A stretch of DNA of 64,000 nucleotides, from positions 22,148 to 86,147 of the forward strand of contig CAWJSK010000022.1 in assembly GCA_963845535.1 (NCBI GenBank). Reading direction: 5' to 3'. The notes beneath the pieces are model-generated. The model did not search any database. It was not told where the DNA came from and saw only the letters and a list, made by a program, of their open reading frames with translations. Within the stretch, counting starts at the first letter, position 1. Each line of letters starts with the position of its first letter. The position numbers and the translations under genes were made by a program. Origin of the DNA: an uncultured Spirochaetota bacterium (GTDB lineage: Bacteria > Spirochaetota > Spirochaetia > SZUA-6 > Fen-1364). Shown here in pieces: positions 1 to 8,561 of this stretch.

Positions 1-2012
1 CCGGGCGGAATGGCGGCAAGCGTGAACGGCACGTCTTTTCGCGACGCGTTGCACATGATGAGGATGTCGTTGTCGTCCTTGTCAGCCGCGGTCTCCGCCT
101 TGTTCCCGTCGATCATGAGGGAAAGCGTGTGGCGGCCCGGCGCCCAGTCTGCGGGCTCTCCGGTCTCCGTCAGCCAGAGGATGTCCGGGATGTGGTTATG
201 GCGCGAGTTTCTTCCGTTGAAAAACTCGGGCCGCAAAAACGCCGGGTGCCTCATGCGGAAGGCAATGACGGCGCGGCAGTACGCATGAAGGTCGGCATGA
301 GATTTCAGGAACGTCCAGTCATGCCAGGAGATGTCGTTGTTCTGGCACCAGGGGTTGTTGTTCCCCCGCTGCGTTCGGCGCATCTCGTCCCCGCCGAGCA
401 GCATGGGGGTGCCGAGGGACAAGAGCAGCGTGGTCAGGAAGTTCTTTGCCTGGCGGTTCCTCACCGACTCCACCGCGCGGTCCGCGGTCGACCCTTCCAC
501 CCCGCAATTGTCACTGAGATTGTTGTCCCAGCCGTCCCGGTTCCCCTCCCCGTTCTCCTCGTTGTGCTTTCTCTCGTAGCTTACGAGGTCGCTCAGAGTG
601 AAGCCGTCATGGGAGGTGACAAAGTTGATGCTGTGAAACGGCTTTCTCCCGTCCCGAAGGTACAGGTCCGAGCTGCCCGCGATCCTCGTGGCAAACGATG
701 ACACGGATCCGGCGTCACCGCGCCAGAACCTGCGCACGTCGTCCCGAAACCTGTCGTTCCACTCCGCCCACCTTCCTCCGGGGAACGACCCCACCTGGTA
801 GGCGCCCGCGGCGTCCCATGCCTCGGCAATGATTTTCGTGTCCCTGAGGACCGGCTCTTCGGCAATCCGCTCCAGGATGGGCGGGTTCTCCATGATCCTG
901 CCCTCCGAATCCCTGCCCAGCACGGAACCGAGGTCGAAGCGGAACCCATCCACGTGCATGTCCACCACCCAGTAGCGCAGGCAGTCCATGATGAAGCTGC
1001 GCATGATGGGATGGTTGCAGTTCAGCGTGTTGCCGCACCCGCTGAAGTTGCGGTAGTAGCGGGGGTTGCTTTCATCAAGCAGGTAGTAGAGGGAGTTGTC
1101 CCAGCCGCGAAAGCATAGCGTGGGCCCGGTCTCATCTCCTTCCGCGGTGTGATTGAACACGATATCCAGGATGATTTCGATCCCGGCCGTGTGCAGCTCA
1201 CGCACCATCTCCTTGAACTCGGTGATCTGCTGCCCCACCGCGCCCGAGCTCGAGTAGCGTCCCTTGGGAGCAAAGAAGGAGATCGTGTCATAGCCCCAGT
1301 AATTCTGAAGGCGCTCTCCCGTTCGCGGGTTGGAGTGGGGATTGGCCAGCTCGTCGAACTCCTGCACGGGCAGAAGCTCCACGGCCGTGATTCCAAGGTC
1401 CTTGAAGTGGGGGATCATTTCCGCGACTCCGCGGAAGGTCCCCGGGTGTGTCACGCCGGAGCTTGGATGCATGGTGAGGCTGCGCACGTGCGTTTCGTAG
1501 ATCACGCTGAAGCGAAGCGGGCGGTTCAACGGGCGGTCCCCGCGCCAGTCGAACTCATCAGAGGCGACGATCCCCTTGGGCATACCCGCTACATCGGAGG
1601 TGGTGGAGAACGAGAGATCAGCCTGGGGGGACGACGGATCAAATCCGCGCGCGTCGGCAAGCCGCCACGTGAAGTTGCCCGTCACGGCCTTCACGTATGG
1701 ATCAAGGAGGAGCTTGTTGCGGTTGAACCTGTGTCCTTTTTCCGGCTCGTAGGGGCCGTCAACACGATAGAGGTACAGAGTCCCCGGGCCCGCGCCCTCA
1801 ACGCGCACGTGCCACACGTCTCCCGTGCGGTTCAACCGGGGGTCGAGCGGAATCTCATGCGCGGGCGTGGCGTCCTCAGGTGAGTCGAAAAGCAGAAGAG
1901 ACACCGCCGCGGCATGTCTGCTGAAGACCGCGAACTGCGTCCCCAGCGGCGTCGGTGTAGCGCCGAACGGCATGGGATAACCCGGCGAGACCTTGATCTC
2001 TTTTCTGGCGAT
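1..2012 (-). CDS. glgX: glycogen debranching enzyme (isoamylase, GH13), runs off the left edge
   Basis: Hand translation in one frame gives PGYPMPFGAT, NRTGDVWH, LLLDPY, NYWGYD, MHVDGFRFDL, INFVTSHDGFTL, GTPMLLGGDE, RTQRGNNN. Absent from the ORF track because the stop lies outside the window. Start is uncertain (ATC 2012 or ATG 1973). Confidence 0.95.
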   Translation of the reverse strand, partial: MARKEIKVSPGYPMPFGATPTPLGTQFAVFSRHAAAVSLLLFDSPEDATPAHEIPLDPRLNRTGDVWHVRVEGAGPGTLYLYRVDGPYEPEKGHRFNRNKLLLDPYVKAVTGNFTWRLADARGFDPSSPQADLSFSTTSDVAGMPKGIVASDEFDWRGDRPLNRPLRFSVIYETHVRSLTMHPSSGVTHPGTFRGVAEMIPHFKDLGITAVELLPVQEFDELANPHSNPRTGERLQNYWGYDTISFFAPKGRYSSSGAVGQQITEFKEMVRELHTAGIEIILDIVFNHTAEGDETGPTLCFRGWDNSLYYLLDESNPRYYRNFSGCGNTLNCNHPIMRSFIMDCLRYWVVDMHVDGFRFDLGSVLGRDSEGRIMENPPILERIAEEPVLRDTKIIAEAWDAAGAYQVGSFPGGRWAEWNDRFRDDVRRFWRGDAGSVSSFATRIAGSSDLYLRDGRKPFHSINFVTSHDGFTLSDLVSYERKHNEENGEGNRDGWDNNLSDNCGVEGSTADRAVESVRNRQAKNFLTTLLLSLGTPMLLGGDEMRRTQRGNNNPWCQNNDISWHDWTFLKSHADLHAYCRAVIAFRMRHPAFLRPEFFNGRNSRHNHIPDILWLTETGEPADWAPGRHTLSLMIDGNKAETAADKDDNDILIMCNASRKDVPFTLAAIPP

Positions 2013-2108
2013 GCCTCCCCTCCCTGAAGGGAAATGTATGACGCAGGCCCGTCCGCGTCAACGGTTGGTTGCTTGACCGCTCCAGCGGTTTACGCAGAGA
2101 ATGCCGCC

Positions 2109-3074
2109 ATGGGCATCCGTCCGGGCGCGCCTGCTGATGCCATCGATGTCCTCGGCCTGGGCGCCGTGGCGGTTGACGACATCCTTTTTCTCGAGCAGTT
2201 CCCCAGGCCCGATTCGAAGATGGCCGTCCTCCGGCGGGAGAGGCACGCCGGGGGGCTTGCCGGCACGGCACTCGTTGCTGCCCGCCGCATGGGCAGGCGC
2301 TGTGCATACGCAGGCAGCCTGGGGGACGATGAGCTTTCTCTTTTTGTCCTGGAACGCCTTGGCGCGGAAGGCATATCCGTCGAACACGTCGTTCGACGGG
2401 ACGGCACGCGCCCCTTCTCCTCCACTATCCTCGTGGATTCCCAGCGCACCACACGGACCATCCTCTTTGATGCCAACGGCGTGATCGGCGCGGACCCCAA
2501 CGAGCCTTCGGAAGCCGTCCTGCGTTCCTGCAGGGTGCTCCTCGTGGACCAGGCGGGCGTGGAGGGCATGGTACGGGCCGCGCGCATTGCCCGGGGAGCG
2601 GGCATCCCGGTGGTTGCGGACATCGAGAGGTCAGGACATCCGCTGCTGGATGAGCTGTCAGACCTGAGCGACCACCTGATTGTCCCGCTGGACTATGCGC
2701 GGGCCAGGACGGGAGCGGTTGACCCCGCTCAGGCAGTCCGCGCCCTCTGGACGGACAACCGCTCCGCGGTGGTTGTGACCTGCGGTGGTGAGGGTTCCTG
2801 GTATCTTTCGCGTGAGGAGCCAGGCGTGACGTACCATCAGCCCGCGTTCAGGGTGAAAGTCGTGGATACCAGCGGGTGCGGCGACGTTTTTCATGGCGCC
2901 TACGCGGCAGCCCTCAGCGAGGGTGGCGCAATGCAGGACCGGGTGCGTATGGCGTCCGCGGTTGCCGCGCTCAAGGCAACACAGTCAGGGGGCCAGCAAG
3001 GGATACCGATCCGGGCCGTTACCGACAGGTTCCTTCAGGAGCGGTTGGAAGAGGCGCCGGCATCTCAGGGCTGA
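2109..3074 (+). CDS. PfkB/ribokinase-family carbohydrate kinase
   Basis: GG-x-AG N-terminal motif and VVDTSGCGDVFHG PfkB signature. Confidence 0.9.
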   Translation: MGIRPGAPADAIDVLGLGAVAVDDILFLEQFPRPDSKMAVLRRERHAGGLAGTALVAARRMGRRCAYAGSLGDDELSLFVLERLGAEGISVEHVVRRDGTRPFSSTILVDSQRTTRTILFDANGVIGADPNEPSEAVLRSCRVLLVDQAGVEGMVRAARIARGAGIPVVADIERSGHPLLDELSDLSDHLIVPLDYARARTGAVDPAQAVRALWTDNRSAVVVTCGGEGSWYLSREEPGVTYHQPAFRVKVVDTSGCGDVFHGAYAAALSEGGAMQDRVRMASAVAALKATQSGGQQGIPIRAVTDRFLQERLEEAPASQG

Positions 3075-3086
3075 GGCGCGGGACAA

Positions 3087-3677
3087 TCACTGGGCTGAGG
3101 GGTTTCCCTCCAGGCCGATCTCCTTTGCCACATTCCGCATCCCCATGATCGTGTCCGTGATGAGCTCTTCGATCCCCATGCCGAGCATCGCGGCGCCCTT
3201 TTCTATGACCGGTCTTTTCACCCCGGCCGCGAAGCGCTCGTTCTTCCATTTCTTCAGCACCGAGCGCGCTTCCATGTCCATGATGCTGCGCGACGGCCGC
3301 ATCAGAGCGGTGGCCACCACCAGCCCCGTCAACTCGTCGATGGCGTAGAGCACCTTCTCCATGCGGTGCACGGGCTCCACGTCAGCGCAGATTTGCCAGC
3401 CGTGGCTCACGATGGCGCGGATATATTCCTCAGGCCAGCCGGCCTGCTGCAGGATCTCAGGGCTTTTCTTGCAGTGCAGCTCGGGGAACTTCTCGTAATC
3501 AATGTCGTGGGCAAGCCCGATGACGCCCCACTTCTCCTCGTCTTCGCCCAGCTTGCGCGCCATGTAGCGCATGACGGCCTCCACTGCAAGGACGTGAGCG
3601 AAGAGGTTCTCACCTCTTATGTACTCCCGAACGAGAGAAAGGGCCTCGGGCCGGGTCGGTGCGTGCGTCTCTGCCAT
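3087..3677 (-). CDS. HD/HDIG-domain phosphohydrolase
   Basis: H...GLAHDIDYE, IVSHG, AIDELTG, KKWK..FAAGV motifs. Confidence 0.85.
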   Translation of the reverse strand: MAETHAPTRPEALSLVREYIRGENLFAHVLAVEAVMRYMARKLGEDEEKWGVIGLAHDIDYEKFPELHCKKSPEILQQAGWPEEYIRAIVSHGWQICADVEPVHRMEKVLYAIDELTGLVVATALMRPSRSIMDMEARSVLKKWKNERFAAGVKRPVIEKGAAMLGMGIEELITDTIMGMRNVAKEIGLEGNPSAQ

Positions 3678-3718
3678 GGCGGAAGTGTAGCGATCCAGGA
3701 GAGGCCTGACAACTCGCA

Positions 3719-3838
3719 CCTGACCGGTGCGTTACCTGACCGGTGCGTTACCTGACCGGTGCGTCGCCTGACCGGTGCGTCGCCTGACCGGTGCGTCGCC
3801 TGACCGGTGCGTCGCCTGACCGGTGCGTCGCCTGACCG
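3719..3838. repeat. 16-bp tandem repeat CCTGACCGGTGCGT(TA/CG), 7.5 copies
   Basis: Read directly: 2 copies ending TA, 5 ending CG, plus a partial copy, in a divergent intergenic region. Confidence 0.97.
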
Positions 3839-3911
3839 AGGGCAGTCCGCGCGCATTGTCCCCCTCGCGCCGCCCTGTGTATCTTTAACCGCGACAGGGA
3901 GAGCCAGGGTG

Positions 3912-4298
3912 ATGCAAGAGGCGAGCCACGGACAGCTTCCCGCTTCGTTCTTCGAGCTTGTCCGAACATCGGCGAAGCCCGTGCTGGTGGAGTTCTGGGC
4001 GGAGTGGTGCGGCCCGTGCCGTCTCGTTTCTCCCGTCATCGAGCGGCTGGCGCATGAGTACTCGGGCCTTCTTCTCACGGTGAAAGTCAACGTGGACAGG
4101 AAGCCGCTCATTGCGCAGGCATACGAGGTGCAGGGCATCCCCACCATCATGCTGTTCTGGAAGGGAGAGCCCCGGATGCGCCTCACCGGCGCGTATCCGT
4201 ACGAGGCCATCAAGCGGAACTTGCAGGAGAACTGGCCACGCGATGTGGCGGCGGAAACGGGCGGGGGGCCTGCCACTCCGTTGTCAGCCGACGCTTGA
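3912..4298 (+). CDS. trxA: thioredoxin
   Basis: VLVEFWAEWCGPC, VNVD, GIPT. Confidence 0.92.
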   Translation: MQEASHGQLPASFFELVRTSAKPVLVEFWAEWCGPCRLVSPVIERLAHEYSGLLLTVKVNVDRKPLIAQAYEVQGIPTIMLFWKGEPRMRLTGAYPYEAIKRNLQENWPRDVAAETGGGPATPLSADA

Positions 4299-4324
4299 GA
4301 GCCTGACGGCCCCGCAACCACCTC

Positions 4325-6763
4325 TCAGGTGACGCTTGAGATTTCGACCTTCGCGCGGCGCTGCGAAGCCGTTCCAAAACGCTTGAGAAAATCTCCCAGC
4401 CGGAACTTCACGCCTATCACGATATCCATGCGGACTCCGTCCGGCGTTCGGGAGGCCTTCCCCGTAAGAACCGCCCGCTTGCGCGCGGATTTGTCCGGCA
4501 CTTCGAAAGCGAGCGAATCCCCGTCCCGCCGTATGGTCACCGGAGCGTGAGAGTCTTTCAGGAAAACGGACAGCCTCTCCATCGGGTCGGGAAAGTGCGC
4601 CGCGGGAAGCGACAGGGATACGTTCAAGCTTTTCCACGCTCCTGGTACGAACCCTTGCGCCTCGGCCCCGAAAAGCTCGGGGACGCCGCGGACAGCCTGC
4701 GCGAATGACCCCTGATCCCATGCCGTGACTGACGCCACGGATCTGCCGAACCATGCGGTGTCTTCCCCGAAGCCGGTCGACGGCGCTATCAGGCTTTCCC
4801 TGACGGAAAGAACGTTGTCAGTCTGCCCGGGACAGAGAGCCAGGAGCCGGCGCAAGAGCCAGCTATCCTTCCATTCGCTTCCGAGTTCCGCCGCCTCCTC
4901 GGCAAAGGTGACCTGCCAATGGACCGGAGAGAGCTTGTGCTTTGCCCGCGTTATTCCGGCAAGCTCGCGAATGCTTTCCGGGGGAATGCCTCTTCGGCTC
5001 GATGGATCAACGCCTGCCGCGTAGCCTCCATCCTTTCCGGCCTTGGCCGCAAGGTACTGCCTGTGCAGCGCTTTCGTGCTCCCCTCTGTTTCAAGGAAAG
5101 AAAATGCAAATACGCGGTCCCGGGGCTCTTCAGCCTGGAGCTGTCCGCCGCGCGCGCTGATCCATTCCTCCACCACGCGGAGCCCGTCCGGAGGGAGACC
5201 GTCCGAGGAGACGCACCCCGTGGCCGACACGTCCACCAGGAGGCCGGCAAGAGAGGGGTGGCTCGAGCCAAGAACCTGCGTTGCCGCATATTCCGGCCAC
5301 TGATGAGAAAGCCGGAACTCGAACCCGTTCGTCTCGCAGATCGACTTGGCCTTGCCCGCAAGCGGCCGCCAGGTTGCCTCCGAGAGCACGGGAGGGTCGT
5401 AGCGCAACGGAGTGAACGGCATGCGAACAAGGAGGCCGAAGCTGAAGACCATCCGCGGGGGCGCGTCGACTTTTCGCCGGGCTTCCTTGAGCCACTTCAC
5501 GAAGCCCGCGAGCTCCGCGAAGTCTTCTTCGGTCTCCCTGCCCGTAAGGATATAGAAGAGCTTCACTTCACGCACCCTGCGGCCGTGCAACGCTTCCAGC
5601 GCCCGCGTGATATCGGCATCCGCCAGGCTTTTGTGGAGGAACCTTCTCTGTCGGGCGCTGATCCCTTCGATGCCCAGGGTGAAGCTGCGCTTGTCCCCGG
5701 CAAGCTCGAGGTCCAGAAGCCCGGGAGTACGGGCCAGGATGTCCACCCGCTGGCTCATGAAGTTCACGCGGAGGAAGAGGCGGTGGAGCTGGATGAGCAG
5801 CGGCGCAAGCTCGGAGTGCGTGTTGAAGTTGAAGCTGGAGAGCTCGATTGTGGCTGCCCCCGTCTCCCTCTTGAGCGCCCGCGCTTGCACCATGAGGGCC
5901 TCCGCGGGAATCTCCCGAAAAGGCCTGCGGTCATGTCCCTCGAAACAGAAGGAGCAAAGGCACGGGCAGCCCAACGTGATGGAGAGCCGGGCGGTGGTCG
6001 CCTCGGGGCCCGGCAGAACGGGCTGAAACAGCGGCTCCGCCGAAGCAAGGGCGACGTCACACCGCGCCTTATGCACGTGGAGCGCCGCCGGCTCTCCGGG
6101 CGCTACGCCTGTCCCGCTCCCCCCGCTGCGTGCAACCCACAGGCCGTCGATTCGAGCGGCCATCTCCATGAGGCGGGCCTTGCGGGTTGCGCTCGAGCCG
6201 TTCGACAACTCTTCCGCGATGCGGGCCACGGCCCCTTCCCCTTCCCCGAAGAAGATGGCATCCGCCATGCAGTCCCCATCGTCTGAGACAAGCGCGTGAG
6301 CCGCGGAGGCATTCGACCCTCCCAGGATTACCGGCGGCCACTTCCCGTCCCTCTGGCCGGCCCATGTCGGAACGCGGGAGCGCGCGAAGAGGAACGGGAG
6401 GTTGACGAGCTCGAGAAGGTAGGAGTTGGAAACGAGAGCCAGGTCGAAGAGCTCGAGAGGGGAATGGGATTGCGTCCCGAGGATGAGCGGCAGTCCGGCT
6501 TCCTCCAGCACCCGCGCATCGTCCCTTTGCGGAAGAAATGCCATGTCGATATAGGCGGAAGGGCATCCTCGTCGGACCTCGGCGGCCAGGAAAAGATGGG
6601 GAGTGGAGCGCTCCACATCGGCAAACGCGGACAGTCGCAGAATCAGGACGCGCGGGGAGGCTTTCTCCCAGGGAGGGTTGGCGAAGGTCGAGTTGTGCAG
6701 GTGAAGGCGGTAGTCACGAAGGTGCGCCAGGGCGCGGTGCGGTCGGTCGACGTCGGTGGACAT
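4325..6763 (-). CDS. large radical SAM protein (~812 aa) with N-terminal B12-binding-like region and unknown C-terminal domain
   Basis: GCPCLCSFC (CxxxCxxC), PVILGG..A, IFFGEGE, FTLGIEG..R, VKLFYILTG. Start MSTDVD chosen; the ORF extension upstream is antisense to other genes. Confidence 0.85.
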   Translation of the reverse strand: MSTDVDRPHRALAHLRDYRLHLHNSTFANPPWEKASPRVLILRLSAFADVERSTPHLFLAAEVRRGCPSAYIDMAFLPQRDDARVLEEAGLPLILGTQSHSPLELFDLALVSNSYLLELVNLPFLFARSRVPTWAGQRDGKWPPVILGGSNASAAHALVSDDGDCMADAIFFGEGEGAVARIAEELSNGSSATRKARLMEMAARIDGLWVARSGGSGTGVAPGEPAALHVHKARCDVALASAEPLFQPVLPGPEATTARLSITLGCPCLCSFCFEGHDRRPFREIPAEALMVQARALKRETGAATIELSSFNFNTHSELAPLLIQLHRLFLRVNFMSQRVDILARTPGLLDLELAGDKRSFTLGIEGISARQRRFLHKSLADADITRALEALHGRRVREVKLFYILTGRETEEDFAELAGFVKWLKEARRKVDAPPRMVFSFGLLVRMPFTPLRYDPPVLSEATWRPLAGKAKSICETNGFEFRLSHQWPEYAATQVLGSSHPSLAGLLVDVSATGCVSSDGLPPDGLRVVEEWISARGGQLQAEEPRDRVFAFSFLETEGSTKALHRQYLAAKAGKDGGYAAGVDPSSRRGIPPESIRELAGITRAKHKLSPVHWQVTFAEEAAELGSEWKDSWLLRRLLALCPGQTDNVLSVRESLIAPSTGFGEDTAWFGRSVASVTAWDQGSFAQAVRGVPELFGAEAQGFVPGAWKSLNVSLSLPAAHFPDPMERLSVFLKDSHAPVTIRRDGDSLAFEVPDKSARKRAVLTGKASRTPDGVRMDIVIGVKFRLGDFLKRFGTASQRRAKVEISSVT

Positions 6764-6823
6764 GAGGCAGATGGATTCTACGCCACTTGCCCCCGGAGGG
6801 GAAAGGGGGCTATGCTCACCGCC

Positions 6824-7426
6824 ATGAAATTGACAGCTGGGCGCGTTGCGCTGCTCCTGCTTGCCTTGACGGTGGTGGGGTGCGCGCCCGCGACCGTGAA
6901 AGACAAGAAAGTAGTGCAGATGAGTTACACGGGGACCCTTTCGGACGGTTCGGTTTTCAGCCAGTCGGAGAAGGACAAGCCCTTGGAGTTCATGGTGGGG
7001 GAGGGAAGAATCATCCCGGCCCTGGAAAAGCAGCTCCTCGGCATGAAGGCCGGTGACAAGAGGAAGATCACCATCAAGGCCGTGGACGCTTACGGGGAGT
7101 ACGACAAGAGCGCGCTCAAGGAGTTCCCCAAGAACGTGTTCCCCAAGGACGCCACCTTCACTGTCGGGGAGCGGTTTGTCGTTCAGACCCCCAACGGGCC
7201 ATACCCCATCAAGATTGCCGAGGTGAAAGACAAGAGCGTCGTGGTTGATTTTAATCACCCGCTTGCCGGCAAGGACCTCACGTTCGACGTGCTGATCGTG
7301 AAGATCCGGGACGCTACCAAGGAAGAGCTGGCGCAGGTGCAGCCCCCTGCGGTCCAGCCCGCGTCGACACCGGCTCCCACCTCGACAACGGGGCCTGCGT
7401 CGACCCCGGCCCCCCAGCAGAAGTAG
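6824..7426 (+). CDS. FKBP-type peptidyl-prolyl isomerase, SlyD/SlpA-like, with lipoprotein signal
   Basis: Y.GTL.DG.VF, PLEF.VG.G.IIP.LE, AYG, VDFNHPLAGKDLTF; N-terminal LALTVVG-C lipobox; Pro/Thr/Ala tail. Confidence 0.9.
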   Translation: MKLTAGRVALLLLALTVVGCAPATVKDKKVVQMSYTGTLSDGSVFSQSEKDKPLEFMVGEGRIIPALEKQLLGMKAGDKRKITIKAVDAYGEYDKSALKEFPKNVFPKDATFTVGERFVVQTPNGPYPIKIAEVKDKSVVVDFNHPLAGKDLTFDVLIVKIRDATKEELAQVQPPAVQPASTPAPTSTTGPASTPAPQQK

Positions 7427-7448
7427 GCCGCCGGCCGGGGGCATCGGC

Positions 7449-8561
7449 GTGACGCTCTCGGTATTTCTCACATCCGACCTCCACGTCGGGATGAAGTTCG
7501 CCGGATATCCCGACCAGCCCCAGGCCGCCCTTGTCGAGGCCCGTTCTGCCTGCCTTGAGCGAATGGTGGAAGAGGCGGGGAAGCGGCGGGCTGACCTTTT
7601 TGTGGTGGCAGGGGACCTCTTCGACAGGGTCTCCGTCTCACGCAAGGACATCCAGAGAGCCGCTTCCGCACTGCGCGCTTTCCCCGGAAAGCTCGTTGCC
7701 GTGCTGCCGGGAAACCATGACTACCTGGGTCCCGGAGACCAGCTCTGGCCCACGTTCCGGGCGGCGTGCGGAGACCAGGTCCTGCTCCTGGATGAACCCC
7801 GACCATACCCTCTTGGACGTTTCGACCTGGATGCCGTCCTCTACCCCGGACCCTGCACGTCGAAGCACTCCCGCTCCAACGCCGTACAGTGGATCAGGGG
7901 CTGGCAGCGTGACCCGGGGGTGACCCATCATATCGGGGTAGCCCACGGAAGCCTGGAGGGTTTTTCCCCCGACTTCGATGAGAATTATTATCCCATGAGC
8001 AGCGCGGAGCTTCATGTCCTGGGGCTGGAGGTGTGGCTCATGGGCCACACGCACGTCCCGTTCCCGTCCAAGCCCGGCCCGAGGGACAGGATCTTCTACC
8101 CAGGCACACCGGAACCTGACGGGTTCGACTGCTCGCACGGCGGCTCTGCCTGGCACCTTCAGCTCTCCGAGCAGGGGACCGCGGCCGCCCAGATTCCAAC
8201 CGGTTCACTCCGGTTCGTTGAAGAAGCGGTCCCCGTCAAGGATTCGGCTGACCTCGAGCAGCTTCTCCAGAAGCATGGCGCAGAAAACGCTGGGAAGACA
8301 CTGCTTCGGGCCCACCTGAACGGGCGTGTGCCGCGGGAGGTCCTCTCTGAAGTGGGGGAGGTGGGGCGGAGGCTCGCGGACAAGCTCCTTTACTGCGACC
8401 TCAGGACATCCGGCCTGTTTGAAGAGATCACCCGCGAAGCGATTGATCGCGAGTACCCCCAAGGCTCCTTTCCCCACCAGCTTCTCACCCGGCTCGCTGA
8501 TGCAGGAGATACGAACGCCCTCTCCCTGGCCCAGCGGCTCCTTGAGGAAGCGCGGAAATGA
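7449..8561 (+). CDS. SbcD/Mre11-like metallophosphoesterase nuclease
   Basis: SDLHVG, AGDLFD, PGNHD, AHGS, MGHTH, YPGTPE. Confidence 0.9.
   Translation: MTLSVFLTSDLHVGMKFAGYPDQPQAALVEARSACLERMVEEAGKRRADLFVVAGDLFDRVSVSRKDIQRAASALRAFPGKLVAVLPGNHDYLGPGDQLWPTFRAACGDQVLLLDEPRPYPLGRFDLDAVLYPGPCTSKHSRSNAVQWIRGWQRDPGVTHHIGVAHGSLEGFSPDFDENYYPMSSAELHVLGLEVWLMGHTHVPFPSKPGPRDRIFYPGTPEPDGFDCSHGGSAWHLQLSEQGTAAAQIPTGSLRFVEEAVPVKDSADLEQLLQKHGAENAGKTLLRAHLNGRVPREVLSEVGEVGRRLADKLLYCDLRTSGLFEEITREAIDREYPQGSFPHQLLTRLADAGDTNALSLAQRLLEEARK

Noticed and set aside
3719..3838. CRISPR array
   Set aside because: Head-to-tail 16-mers with no spacers and no cas genes
6764..7651. N-terminal ~300-aa extension of the radical SAM ORF (1108 aa)
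   Set aside because: It is antisense shadow of the FKBP and SbcD-like genes, common in high-GC DNA
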